A DNA stretch of 64,000 bases from an uncultured delta proteobacterium (GCA_963771465.1 CAVYTU010000011.1:96001-160000), one strand, 5' to 3'. Shown: positions 49,089 through 59,414, counted from the stretch's first letter. Notes: generated by a model from the sequence alone, not told the origin. A program made the numbers and translations.

Positions 49089-50750
49089 TCATCTCCACTT
49101 ATCGACCGACACCGTCTTCTGATAATTGCAGCCCATGATGCGCCAGTAGCCGTTGGTCTCGCCGCCGACTACGACGATGTGAATTTCTTCGGGCTTGAAC
49201 ATATGCACCATTTCGTCGGGGGCGGCTTTGAGCTTGGTCGCGTAGGGTTCCTCGCCGAACGTCGCTCTAGGGTAAATATAATTCTGGATCAGTTGATAAT
49301 CCCAGTATTCACCGGCGGGCATGAGCGCATTGTCGTAAACCCATTCGATCATTTTCTCTTTGGTATCGAAGCCGCCGCGGTCGATAAACTGCCGGGCCGC
49401 GATGGGATCGAGCAGGAACGTCGGCGCGCTATGGGCGTCCATGCCGCGCAGCATGCTCTGCACATGCTGACGCCAATATTTTTGGCGCACGCCGAGAGTG
49501 AAAGCCGTCGAACGGCAGCCGGTGAAAATACTCACGGTGCTGTCGGTCGATTTAAATCCCTGTTGGACGTGAAACGGCGTCCATGGGTTGCGCTCTTCAT
49601 TCTCCGCGAAGGTGACGCTGCCATAGGCGTAGCCGTTACCCTGGGAGCCCATGTAGCTGTCGCCGGGAAGCGAGCCGCCCTGGAGATTTTGCGAGAGCAA
49701 GCCGTAGGCGCGGCCGATGGTTGCGTTGGCCTGATTATACGGCGCCATGGCGCCGGTGCCGGAGTTCATGGCGATTTCTTGGCGGATCGGTCCGTTGACG
49801 ACGACCATCGCGGCCATCGAACTGGTGGTGCTGCCGCGCGCGCTCACGCCGCTCGCCGCCAGCGCGAGGATCACGGGAAAATATTCCGGCCTCGCCCCCG
49901 CCATCACCGCGTTGACCGCGACTTGCTCGACGGTAAACTCCCAATGCTGGCGAAATTGGTTCGAGCGCAAATGACCGGCTATTTCGTCCGGCTTATGGCT
50001 CGTGTGCGCGAGCATTTCCTTGACCCGTTTTTCCGTCGGCAGGACAATCGGCAGCTTGTCGGTCCAATTATTTGCCAAAAACAAACTCTGCAGGTTGTCA
50101 TCCGTATCGGAGTCCACCAGTCGCGGCGTCGAGCGCTCAAATTTGACTTCCTTAAGACCATCTCCCTCAGCCGGACGGGTGAGCCCTTCGATAACTTCTT
50201 GCATGACCGGCCGGCCGCTGATCGGACTCTTGCCGTCGACATAGGCGCGCAGTTGGTCCGCGGTTTTGCCCATCACCGGTTGGGGCACGAAAGTGTAACG
50301 CGCTTCGGACATGCCGTGCATTCGGGTCACCGATTGCACCGCCTTCTCGAAGACGTTGGTGTGGATAGCGACGGTGGGCACACCGTATTTGCTATCGAGG
50401 GCGATTGCGTGCACGGCGACCGCCGGCGCGCAGGTGCTTCAATGGCCGACACCGATGACGGCGCCGTCGCCGTTGGCCTTGATCATCTCCCAGGTTTTCG
50501 GATCGTCCTTGGTGTAGACGCTCGACATTTCCACCAGCTTGGTTTTCACCGAGGGCATGTGCTCGGTGAACCAATTCTCCACCTGGCGCAGGAACAACCC
50601 CGAGTCGTCGAAGCGCGGGTCGACCAAATAGATCGTCTTGCCGTCCAAGCTATCCAGTCGAGGCGCCATCGCTTTCGGCGTGATCTTGGGTGGAAACCCC
50701 ACCGGGTTTAACACGGAAATATTTTGCGTTCCGTTAGTATCGTCAGCCAT
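49089..50750 (-). CDS. UGSC-like selenoprotein fusion (UxxC domain + WTDxLPxxxPT domain), 553 aa, Sec at codon 104
   Basis: ORFs 50439-50798 and 49089-50414 are in frame, separated only by TGA in GVGH-U-STCAPAVAVH; GAGGAGG RBS before ATG 50750. Confidence 0.82.
50411..50429 (-). promoter_or_regulatory. SECIS-like hairpin
   Basis: GCG(C)CGGC-GGUC-GCCGUGC at +10..+28 after the UGA at 50439-50441. Confidence 0.55.
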
Positions 50751-50821
50751 GGATAAATCCTCCTCGTTCTTCTTATGATCTAGCTGAAAAGTAATCAACC
50801 GGTTTCTTGGCTAGCACACGA

Positions 50822-51925
50822 TTACTCGGCGAGAAGTTTTTTTACTTTCTCGATCACCTCGGGACTCTGTTCGATCACTTCGCGCGCCAACTTTTGCAAT
50901 TGCTCTCCCGGCGTGTAGTCGACATCCAGGTTGCTCTTCTTTGCTTCAGCGAGCAGCTCGGGGTCCTTGAGCGCTTGAGCGTAAGCGGCGCGCAGCATCT
51001 TCACCAGTTCAGGGCGCGTGCCCGGCGGCGCGATCATCGCCCGGCCGAAATCGTTTGCTGTGAGAACCGTTTCGGCGACGCTTCGGCTTACCTGCGGGGT
51101 CTTGTATTCGTTCATGATCTCCCAGATCGTCGGCGTCTCGGGCAGCCTGGGATCGCGCGTGCGCGCGTCCTGCACGAGGTGGCGGTCGTACCGCTTGGCA
51201 TGCCAGGTGTTAAACGGCTCGCGGCCGAAGTGAGATGAGATGTCATGACCGCGGCAAACCACCTCGCCCTTTTCCACGGCAAGATCGATTTCCTTGCCGC
51301 CGGAGTAGCCGACGATAACGTTAAACTTCGCGCCGACGGTTTCTTCCAAAACTTTGGGAAGAATGTAGCCGGAACTGGCAAATCCCGAGGCGCCGCACTT
51401 CGGCGGCTCTTTCGCCTTGATGACATCGCCGATGGTTTTGAACGGCGCGTCGGCGCGAAAGTAAAGCATCTGCGTCCATTTTTCCTGGGTGCCGATCCAC
51501 TCAAATTTGCGCACGTCGAACTTGACCTCGGTGCGTCCGACCAGTTGGGTAAGATAAAGACTGCTGTTCGGTATGCCGACGGTGAGGCCGTCGGGTTTGG
51601 CGACGCTGTAAACGAAATTGGAAGCCACCACGGAGCTCGCCCCGGGCATGTTTTGGACGATGAAGTTCGGGCTCCCCGGAATAAATTTCGGCATGCTGCG
51701 GGCAAACATGCGCGCCCATTGATCGGACAAACCGCCGGCAGTGAAGCCGACGATGATCCGAATCGTCTTGCCCTGGTAATAGGGCTCAGTCTGGGCGTAC
51801 CCCGGAGCCGTTACGGTTCCGTAGAGCAGAATCGAGAGCAGTAACACGTTAATTTTTAACGGATCGCTGCGAAACATTGTCGCAGGCTTCAACGCGCTCA
51901 CCGCATATCGCAATCGTTCAAACAT
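50822..51925 (-). CDS. TctC/Bug-like TTT receptor (two-Cys subgroup)
   Basis: YYQGKTI, GFTAGGLSD, PKCG, GEVVCR. Confidence 0.88.
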   Translation of the reverse strand: MFERLRYAVSALKPATMFRSDPLKINVLLLSILLYGTVTAPGYAQTEPYYQGKTIRIIVGFTAGGLSDQWARMFARSMPKFIPGSPNFIVQNMPGASSVVASNFVYSVAKPDGLTVGIPNSSLYLTQLVGRTEVKFDVRKFEWIGTQEKWTQMLYFRADAPFKTIGDVIKAKEPPKCGASGFASSGYILPKVLEETVGAKFNVIVGYSGGKEIDLAVEKGEVVCRGHDISSHFGREPFNTWHAKRYDRHLVQDARTRDPRLPETPTIWEIMNEYKTPQVSRSVAETVLTANDFGRAMIAPPGTRPELVKMLRAAYAQALKDPELLAEAKKSNLDVDYTPGEQLQKLAREVIEQSPEVIEKVKKLLAE

Positions 51926-52205
51926 TCTATACCTCGCTCCCTGTGTGTTGACCGCGCGCGGCGGCGAGCCGCCACTTTGCGGTAGTTGCTTCTTGCGGCG
52001 GGTGATTAAACGACGTAAGCGCGCTGCTTGTCAAGAAAAGGACTCAGTGTGATTCACTTTGCTGCCGGGATGATCGGGATTTTCATCTAGTATTCCCATC
52101 GAAATCAGACCAGCGATCGTCCTTGACGTTTAATTTGGATCTGCCTTATGTTGCAAACCGCACGAGGTCGCGTTGCTTGGGTCACCAATGCAGATTGGAG
52201 GCGAT

Positions 52206-53237
52206 ATGAAAAAGCTTTACGGATTGTTCATCTTACTTCTCATTGGGACTGCCGATGTCGCAGCGCAAACTCCCTACTTCCAGGGGAAGACCATAAGAAT
52301 TGTCGTCGGCTATCCCACCGCCAGCGCCCATGACCATTGGGCGCGCTTGATTGCGCCGCAGTTGACCAAATATATTCCGGGAAATCCCGCCGCCATCGTT
52401 CAAAACATGCCCGGCGCCGGCTCGATGACCGCGACCAATTATGTTTACAGCGTCGCCAAGCCCGATGGCTTGACCCTCGGTGTCAACAATGCGGCGCTCT
52501 ACTTCGAACAGCTTCTGAAAAAGCGCGAGGTCCAGTTCGATTGGGCAAAGCTCACCTGGGTCGGCAGCACGACGCCGACGACGCCACTCTTGTACATGTG
52601 GGCGAACACTCCCTACAAAACCATTCACGACGTGCGCACGGCATCGGTGCCGCCGAAATGCGGCGTCACGGGCACGGGCAACACCGGCTACTATCTTCCC
52701 AAATTGCTCGAAGAAACCATTGGCGCGAAGTTTCAACTGGTCTTAGGTTATGAAGGCGGCGCGAGCATCGAGTTGGCCGTGGAGCGCGGCGAGGTGCAGT
52801 GCCGCGCCTTTACCATCCAGGTTTTTTTTGGCCGCGAACCGTTTCATACTTGGCGCAGCAAAAACCAAGTGCGCGTACTGGTTCAAGGCGGCAAGAAGCG
52901 CGATCCGCGCTTGCCCGATACGCCGTTGCTTAGCGAGTTGATGGATCAATACAAGGTCTCGGAAGCCAATCGCCGTCTGGTGACCGTGATGATGGGCTCG
53001 GGTGAACTCGGCAGCGCGCCGATGTTCGCACCGCCGGGTGTCGGCGCGGAGCAAGTCAAGATTTTACGCGCGGCCTATGCCAAGGCGCTGACCAGCGCTG
53101 AGCTTATCGCCGAGGCCAAGAAGCAAGGTTACGATGCCGAGTTGATTCACGGCGAGGAGATTGAAGCACTCGCCAAAGAAGTTTTGACCCAGCCGGCCGA
53201 CGTGATCGCGGCGATGAAGAAGGTTATGGGAGAATAA
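52206..53237 (+). CDS. TctC/Bug-like TTT receptor (two-Cys subgroup)
   Basis: GGAGG RBS, YFQGKTI, PKCG, GEVQCR. Confidence 0.88.
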   Translation: MKKLYGLFILLLIGTADVAAQTPYFQGKTIRIVVGYPTASAHDHWARLIAPQLTKYIPGNPAAIVQNMPGAGSMTATNYVYSVAKPDGLTLGVNNAALYFEQLLKKREVQFDWAKLTWVGSTTPTTPLLYMWANTPYKTIHDVRTASVPPKCGVTGTGNTGYYLPKLLEETIGAKFQLVLGYEGGASIELAVERGEVQCRAFTIQVFFGREPFHTWRSKNQVRVLVQGGKKRDPRLPDTPLLSELMDQYKVSEANRRLVTVMMGSGELGSAPMFAPPGVGAEQVKILRAAYAKALTSAELIAEAKKQGYDAELIHGEEIEALAKEVLTQPADVIAAMKKVMGE

Positions 53238-53387
53238 CTTCGAACAAACGCTCCGTCCAATTCTCCCAGCCTAGTACGCCGAAGATTCCTTCGGAGTCGT
53301 TCACTCGCTTTGCCGACGTCGGTTTGAATCAGCGGCGCGATTGCGATATTCGCTCATCGTATAAATAGAAAATCTTGGAGGTCATTG

Positions 53388-54128
53388 GTGCTGGAAAACA
53401 AGGTGGTTGTAATAACCGGCAGCGGCCAGGGAATTGGCAAACATGCCGCGACAACGTTTGCCACGGAAAAAGCTAAAGTCGTGATCGCCGATGTCAACGC
53501 CGAGTTGGCGAAGAAGACGGCGGCGGAACTTAGTCGATTGACCGAAACGGTCGCCATCCCCGCCGACGTGCGCGATGAAGACAGCGTTAAAAAAATGGTT
53601 GACGAGGTGATCAAGCGCTTCGGCCAAATCGACGTGATGATGAACAACGCGGCGATTGTGCCGCATTTCGCCTGGAACATTCCGCGCTGGCCGCTGATTG
53701 CGGACATGCCGTTGGAATTTTGGCACCGTGTGGTTCAAACCAATCTTTACGGCACGTTTTTCGGTACCAAGCATGTCATTCCGCACATGACGAAACGAAA
53801 GGCAGGTCACATCATCAATCTCTATGGCGGCGGTGGCGTCAGACCCGGCGGCGCAGGAACTTACATGGTGACCAAGGACGGCATCCGCACCTTTACCCGT
53901 TACGTGGCGGAGGAAGTTCGCGACTCGAATATCTGCGTCGTGACGTTCTCGCCGCGTGTGCCCATCGCCACCGAGACTGCGCCCGAGGAAGCGCTCAAGC
54001 GTTTGCCCGGGCCGGCGGTCTTGGGAACCGGCTTCGTGCTTTGCGCGCAACTGCCCATGGAGCAGAGCGGCAAGTGCTTCGCCTACGATAACGGCAAGCT
54101 GGTCGATGAAGCGGTGCGGGAAGGATGA
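53388..54128 (+). CDS. Short-chain dehydrogenase/reductase
   Basis: TGSGQGIG, NNAA, YMVTK. Confidence 0.9.
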   Translation: MLENKVVVITGSGQGIGKHAATTFATEKAKVVIADVNAELAKKTAAELSRLTETVAIPADVRDEDSVKKMVDEVIKRFGQIDVMMNNAAIVPHFAWNIPRWPLIADMPLEFWHRVVQTNLYGTFFGTKHVIPHMTKRKAGHIINLYGGGGVRPGGAGTYMVTKDGIRTFTRYVAEEVRDSNICVVTFSPRVPIATETAPEEALKRLPGPAVLGTGFVLCAQLPMEQSGKCFAYDNGKLVDEAVREG

Positions 54129-54166
54129 GATCGGCGCGAGGCTCGCGGCGTGAGTAGGAGAACCAG

Positions 54167-55186
54167 ATGAAAGTTATCGATGCGGACGCGCATGTGATCG
54201 AGAACGAGTCGACTTGGGATTACATGCTGGAGTCCGAGCGGGCATTCAAACCGAAAGTCGTTGGCGCGACCAGCGCCAAAGACCCGTTCGATTATTGGAT
54301 GATCGATGGCCGGGTGATTCCGCGTAACAACGTCGGCCGCGATCTGCCGGTGGCGGCGCGCGAGATGAGCGATTTGAGCGTGCGCATTAAACATATGGAT
54401 GAATTGGGCATCGACTGCCAAGTGATCTATCCGACTTTTTTCATCACGCCGGTGAGCCGGCGGCCGGACATCGATTTCGCTGTGTCGCGGAGTTACAACC
54501 GCTGGATGGCGGACATCGTAAAGAAAGCACCCGATCGTTTTCGCTGGGTGCTCGTGCCGCCGTTGCAGAGCACTGAGCATCTTTCCGAAGAGCTAAAGTT
54601 CGGCAAAGCGAACGGCGCCTGCGGTGTCTACATGCGCGGCCTGGAGGTCGAGCGGAGTCTCAGCGATCCTTATTTCTTTCCATTGTACGAGCAGGCGAGC
54701 GCGCTGGACTTGCCGATCTGCGTGCACTCGGCCAACGGCGCGTTTACGACTTATGATTTCTTCGCCGACGATCCGGGCTTTTCCAAATTCAAACTCGCCG
54801 TCATCGGCGCGTTTCATTCGCTGGTCTTTCACGCCATCCCGCAACGCTTCCCGAAATTGAAAATGGGCATCATCGAAGTGAGCGCTCAGTGGATTCCCTA
54901 CGCTGTCCATGATTTGTCGCGGCGCTTCGCCCGGCGCGGCCGGTCGTTTCCAAAAAATGTCTTGAAAGAAAATCGCATTTACGTAACTTGCCAGACCGAC
55001 GACGATCTCGATCACGTGCTGGGCTATGCCGGCGACGACAATCTAGTCATCGGCACGGATTATGGCCACGCGGATAACGCGGTCGAAATCGAAGCGCTGA
55101 GGAAACTGCGCACGGATGGGAAAATCAGCGGGCAGGTGGTCGACAAGATCTTGGCCGACAACCCGCGCGCTTTATACGGTCTGTGA
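54167..55186 (+). CDS. Amidohydrolase 2 family protein
   Basis: IDADAHV, YNRWMAD, PICVH, GTDYGH. Confidence 0.88.
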   Translation: MKVIDADAHVIENESTWDYMLESERAFKPKVVGATSAKDPFDYWMIDGRVIPRNNVGRDLPVAAREMSDLSVRIKHMDELGIDCQVIYPTFFITPVSRRPDIDFAVSRSYNRWMADIVKKAPDRFRWVLVPPLQSTEHLSEELKFGKANGACGVYMRGLEVERSLSDPYFFPLYEQASALDLPICVHSANGAFTTYDFFADDPGFSKFKLAVIGAFHSLVFHAIPQRFPKLKMGIIEVSAQWIPYAVHDLSRRFARRGRSFPKNVLKENRIYVTCQTDDDLDHVLGYAGDDNLVIGTDYGHADNAVEIEALRKLRTDGKISGQVVDKILADNPRALYGL

Positions 55187-55213
55187 TTTCCGTAAAACTT
55201 TGGAGGACGTTGC

Positions 55214-56251
55214 ATGTTAAGCATCGATGCTGACGCTCATGTCATCGAGTGCGAGAAGACGTGGGATTATTTAGAAGGTAGCGACAAACGCTATCGCCCT
55301 GTGCCGATCGCCGTCGACATGCCGACGGGCAAGAAAAGCAACTTTTGGATCATCGGCGGACGCTTGATCGGCGGGCGCGATAACATCGGCCAAGATACTT
55401 CCAAAGAGTCGCGCGAAATGGCTAACATCGACTCGCGCTTGAAACACATGGACGAGATCGGCACCGGCGTACAGGTACTTTATCCGACGCTGTTCCTGCG
55501 GCCGGTGACGGACGATCCGCGCATCGAGCTCGCGCTTTGCCGTTCGTATAATCGTTGGATGGCCGATATCTGGTCGAAGGATAAGAAGCGCTTGCGCTGG
55601 GCGGTGCAGTTGCCACTCTTGTCGATGGATGAAGCCCGGGATGAATTGCGTTGGTCGAAAGGCAACGGAGCTTGCGCGGTTTTTATGCGTGGCATCGAGA
55701 CCAATCACGTCTTACACGATCCGTATTTTTTTCCGCTCTACGAAGAAGCGAGCCGGCTCAACCTGCCGATCGGCATTCATTCGGGAATAGGCAACTTCAC
55801 CGTCAACGACATGCTCGGCGGCGAGCCGTTTCGGGTCGCCAAGCTGATCGTCATCGGCGGCTTTCATTCGATGATCTTGAACGGCATCTTAGAAAAGTTC
55901 CCCAAGCTGCGCGTCGGCGCCATCGAAGTGGCGGCGCAGTGGGTGCCCTATATCGTTCACGATTTGAATCTGCGTTTTCCCAAGCTCGAAGGCAAAGAAG
56001 CGCGGCCCGACGTGCTGAGCGGCAGCAGCCAGCTATTCGTCGCCTGCCAGACCGACGACGATCTCCCCTACGTGCTCAAGTACGCCGGCGAGAATTGCTT
56101 GATGATCGGTTCGGACTACGGCCACGCCGACAATGCCAGTGAATTACTCGCGCTGGCAAAGCTCAAAGAGAACGGCGCGATCGATCCCAAGGTGATCGAC
56201 AAGATTCTTTACCATAATCCGGCGAAGTTTTATGGCTTGGATGTGGATTGA
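55214..56251 (+). CDS. Amidohydrolase 2 family protein (tandem paralog)
   Basis: IDADAHV, YNRWMAD, PIGIH, GSDYGH. Confidence 0.88.
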   Translation: MLSIDADAHVIECEKTWDYLEGSDKRYRPVPIAVDMPTGKKSNFWIIGGRLIGGRDNIGQDTSKESREMANIDSRLKHMDEIGTGVQVLYPTLFLRPVTDDPRIELALCRSYNRWMADIWSKDKKRLRWAVQLPLLSMDEARDELRWSKGNGACAVFMRGIETNHVLHDPYFFPLYEEASRLNLPIGIHSGIGNFTVNDMLGGEPFRVAKLIVIGGFHSMILNGILEKFPKLRVGAIEVAAQWVPYIVHDLNLRFPKLEGKEARPDVLSGSSQLFVACQTDDDLPYVLKYAGENCLMIGSDYGHADNASELLALAKLKENGAIDPKVIDKILYHNPAKFYGLDVD

Positions 56252-56321
56252 GGATCGTGACTCGTGATTCGTGCTCGTGGATCATGTCGTGCGCGAAAAG
56301 TTTCGATGACGAAGGCAGAAG

Positions 56322-57467
56322 ATGGCTGACATGTTCGATCTTGTGCTAACCGGCGGCACGGTTCTCAATCCGGCGACGAAGACGAACCAAAAGCTTGATG
56401 TTGCAGTCGCTGGTAACAAAGTGGCGGCGATTCAAGCGAACATTCCCCGCACCGGGGTGAAGCGCGTCATCGATGTAACGGGTTGCTACGTGACGCCGGG
56501 CTTGATCGACTTCCACGTGCACAGCTATTGGGGCGTGAATCCGTACGGCTGCGATCTCGACGCACTTTGTCTTGCTTCCGGTGTGACGACGGCATTCGAC
56601 GCCGGTTCGGCCGGGCCGGTGAACCTGCTGGGCTTTCGCAAGCTCGTGTACGAGAGATCGAAGACCCGCATGATCGGCTTCGTTGCGCTGGCTCAGCATG
56701 GCGTGTTGAACGAACCGGGCGAGCTGCTCAATTTAGGCTTCGCCGATCTCGACGGCTCGGCGCAGGCGGTGATCGACAACCGCGACATCGGCGTCGGCAT
56801 CAAAGTGCGCCTGCACAAAAAATCCATCGGCGACAACAGCCGCGCGGCGCTGCGCCTGGCGATCAAAGCCGGCGAAGCATCGGGCACGCCGATCATGGTG
56901 CATGTCGGCAGCACGGCGATCGGCATGGATGAGATCGCCGATACTTTACGCCCGGGTGACATCATCACGCACTGCTACACGCCGCAAAAACCTTCGATCA
57001 TCGACGAGCAGGGAAGGCTTTTGCCTTTGGTTCGCAAGGCCAAAGAACGAGGGGTGATTTTCGACGTCGGCCATGCCGGCGGCCATTTTGATTTCGGCCT
57101 CGTCGAACGCGCTATGGGTGAAGGTATCATCCCCGATGTCATCAGCTCCGATCTGCATGGCCGCTTGAGCCAGCCGGGCTTCGGCGTCGTCGGAGATCTG
57201 CCGACGACGTTGACGAAGTTCTTGCCGCTCGGTCTGAGCTTGGAAAAGATTATCGCCAGCTGCACGGTGGACGCCGCGCGCGTGGTCGGCTGGCAAGACC
57301 GCATCGGCAGTTTGGAAGTCGGCCGCGAGGCTGACATCGCTGTGCTGCAGGTCGTTAACGAACCGATCAAGCTGCGCGATTCGGTCGGCGGCGAGAAAAC
57401 CCACGGACAACGCATTGCCGCGAAGTGGACGGTGCGCGCCGGCGAAGTGTTTGCAGGGCGATGCTAG
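56322..57467 (+). CDS. Amidohydrolase/deacetylase family metallohydrolase (dihydroorotase-like)
   Basis: PGLIDFHVH, DAGSAG, GIKVR, MVH, THCY, DVGH, ISSDLH. Confidence 0.88.
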   Translation: MADMFDLVLTGGTVLNPATKTNQKLDVAVAGNKVAAIQANIPRTGVKRVIDVTGCYVTPGLIDFHVHSYWGVNPYGCDLDALCLASGVTTAFDAGSAGPVNLLGFRKLVYERSKTRMIGFVALAQHGVLNEPGELLNLGFADLDGSAQAVIDNRDIGVGIKVRLHKKSIGDNSRAALRLAIKAGEASGTPIMVHVGSTAIGMDEIADTLRPGDIITHCYTPQKPSIIDEQGRLLPLVRKAKERGVIFDVGHAGGHFDFGLVERAMGEGIIPDVISSDLHGRLSQPGFGVVGDLPTTLTKFLPLGLSLEKIIASCTVDAARVVGWQDRIGSLEVGREADIAVLQVVNEPIKLRDSVGGEKTHGQRIAAKWTVRAGEVFAGRC

Positions 57468-57564
57468 AGATTATATTTGTCAAGAAGAGCGTCTAATCTA
57501 TTTTACCAACGTGCAGTTCTTACGGGCAAGGTGAACTTGCCCTTTGATCGTGTGGAGGAAGAAA

Positions 57565-58596
57565 ATGCGAAAAAAGATTCTATTTTCATTGTTAGTCCTG
57601 GTTGGGTCAGCTACTTCGGTGACGGCACAGTCGCCTTACTATCAAGGCAAGACGATTACTATTATCACCGGCAGCCAGACTGGCGATCTCTATGACATTT
57701 ACGCGCGCATGATCGCGACGCATATGGGCAAGCATGTTCCCGGCGCGCCGAATATTCTGGTGCAGAACATGACTGGCGCGGGCCACATTGTCGCGGCGAA
57801 TTTTGTTTATAGTGTGGCCAAACCCGACGGCCTGACGTTGCTTGCGCCGAACCCTAATCTTTACATCGATCAACTGATCGGTCGGCCTGAGATTAAATTT
57901 GACTGGGCCAAGTTTATCTGGCTGGGCAATGCGTCGCGCACGACCGACTTGCTTTACATGCGGTCGGACAGTCCATTTAAAACCATCGACGACGTGCGCA
58001 GCGCCAAGGAACCGCCCAAGTGTGGCGCTACCGGCACCGGCACGACCGGCTACACGGTGCCGCGACTGTTGGAGGAGACCATCGGCGCGAAATTTAACTT
58101 GGTCACGGGATACAAAGGCGGCAACGAAGTCGATCTGGCGGTGGAGCGCGGCGAAATACAATGCCGGGCATTCAGTCTCACGGCATTTTTCGGCCGCGAA
58201 CCGTTTCACACTTGGAGAAAAACCAACTTCGTGCGCGCGATCATTCAGCTCGGGGCCAAGCGCGACAGCCGGTTGGCCGACGTACCGACCCTCAATGAGC
58301 TGATGGAGCGCCATAAAACTCCCGATGTCGGCCGGCGGCTGGCGATGTTGATCACGGCGTCGGAGATCTTCCAGCGTCCGTACATGGCTCCGCCTGGCGT
58401 GCGTCCCGAACAGGTTAAAGTCTTGCGCGACGCGTTCCAGAAGACTTTGAAAGACACGGCGTTCTTGGACGAAGTGAAGAGCAGGAAGCTTGACGCCGAG
58501 TATACTTCAGGCGAAGAGATGGACGCTCTGGCCAAAGAGATGATGTCGCAGCGACCGGAGATTATCGAGCGGTTGAGAAAAATTCTTGGAAATTAG
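57565..58596 (+). CDS. TctC/Bug-like TTT receptor (two-Cys subgroup)
   Basis: YYQGKTI, KPDGLT, PKCG, GEIQCR. Confidence 0.88.
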   Translation: MRKKILFSLLVLVGSATSVTAQSPYYQGKTITIITGSQTGDLYDIYARMIATHMGKHVPGAPNILVQNMTGAGHIVAANFVYSVAKPDGLTLLAPNPNLYIDQLIGRPEIKFDWAKFIWLGNASRTTDLLYMRSDSPFKTIDDVRSAKEPPKCGATGTGTTGYTVPRLLEETIGAKFNLVTGYKGGNEVDLAVERGEIQCRAFSLTAFFGREPFHTWRKTNFVRAIIQLGAKRDSRLADVPTLNELMERHKTPDVGRRLAMLITASEIFQRPYMAPPGVRPEQVKVLRDAFQKTLKDTAFLDEVKSRKLDAEYTSGEEMDALAKEMMSQRPEIIERLRKILGN

Positions 58597-58706
58597 TTTT
58601 TTGTAGCTCGTCGGGTGAGTCTCGCAAATTTTCTCAAGAGACGCTGATTACGATTCGGCATTGTGCAAGTACACAGTGTACCATTCCTCTACAGTTGGAG
58701 GTGATC

Positions 58707-59414
58707 ATGGGTTCATCATGGGAAAATGTAAGTGTCGATGATTCCAAAATGCACACCTACGTCAGCGTGTCGGAAGGGTCGAGCAAAGTTCCCGGCATCG
58801 TCGTTGTTCAAGGCCAGACCGGAGTCAATGATTTTTTGAAGTTCTCAGATATGGTCGCGACGAACGGATTCGTTGCGGCGGCGCCGGATCTCTATCATCG
58901 CGATCCTGCGGATTGCAAAGACGATGCACCGACGCGGCGCATGCGTTTGACCGATGCGACCGTGATCGCGGACGTTAACGCGACCGTCAGTTATTTGAAG
59001 ACACATCCTGCGGTCGACTCCGCTCGTATCGGTATCGTCGGTTTCTGCATGGGCGGGCGCGCGGTGTATCTCATGTCAGCGTTAAATGCCGATCTCAAAG
59101 CCGGCGTGATGTACTACGGCGGCGATCCGTTTCATGCCTGGGGCGATGCCCCATCGCCCTTCGATCGCACGGCGCAAATTCACTGCCCGATCATGGGCCA
59201 CTTCGGCGAAGACGATAAAAATCCGTCGCCGGCAGACATGAGGAAGCTTGACACCGAGATGACGCGTCTCGGCAAGCTCCATGAGTTTCACTCCTATGCG
59301 AATGCGGCCCACGCCTTTGCAAACTTCGGTTCAGCCGCATACCGCGAGCACGCGGCCACGGCGTCGTGGCCGAGGACATTTGGTTTTTTTGCCAAGCATC
59401 TTAAAAAGACTTGA
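58707..59414 (+). CDS. Dienelactone hydrolase family protein
   Basis: APDLY, GFCMGG, GEDD, HAF. Confidence 0.92.
   Translation: MGSSWENVSVDDSKMHTYVSVSEGSSKVPGIVVVQGQTGVNDFLKFSDMVATNGFVAAAPDLYHRDPADCKDDAPTRRMRLTDATVIADVNATVSYLKTHPAVDSARIGIVGFCMGGRAVYLMSALNADLKAGVMYYGGDPFHAWGDAPSPFDRTAQIHCPIMGHFGEDDKNPSPADMRKLDTEMTRLGKLHEFHSYANAAHAFANFGSAAYREHAATASWPRTFGFFAKHLKKT

Noticed and set aside
49017-50711. 564-aa plus-strand ORF
   Set aside because: It is the antisense shadow of the selenoprotein gene in high-GC DNA and has no recognisable motifs.
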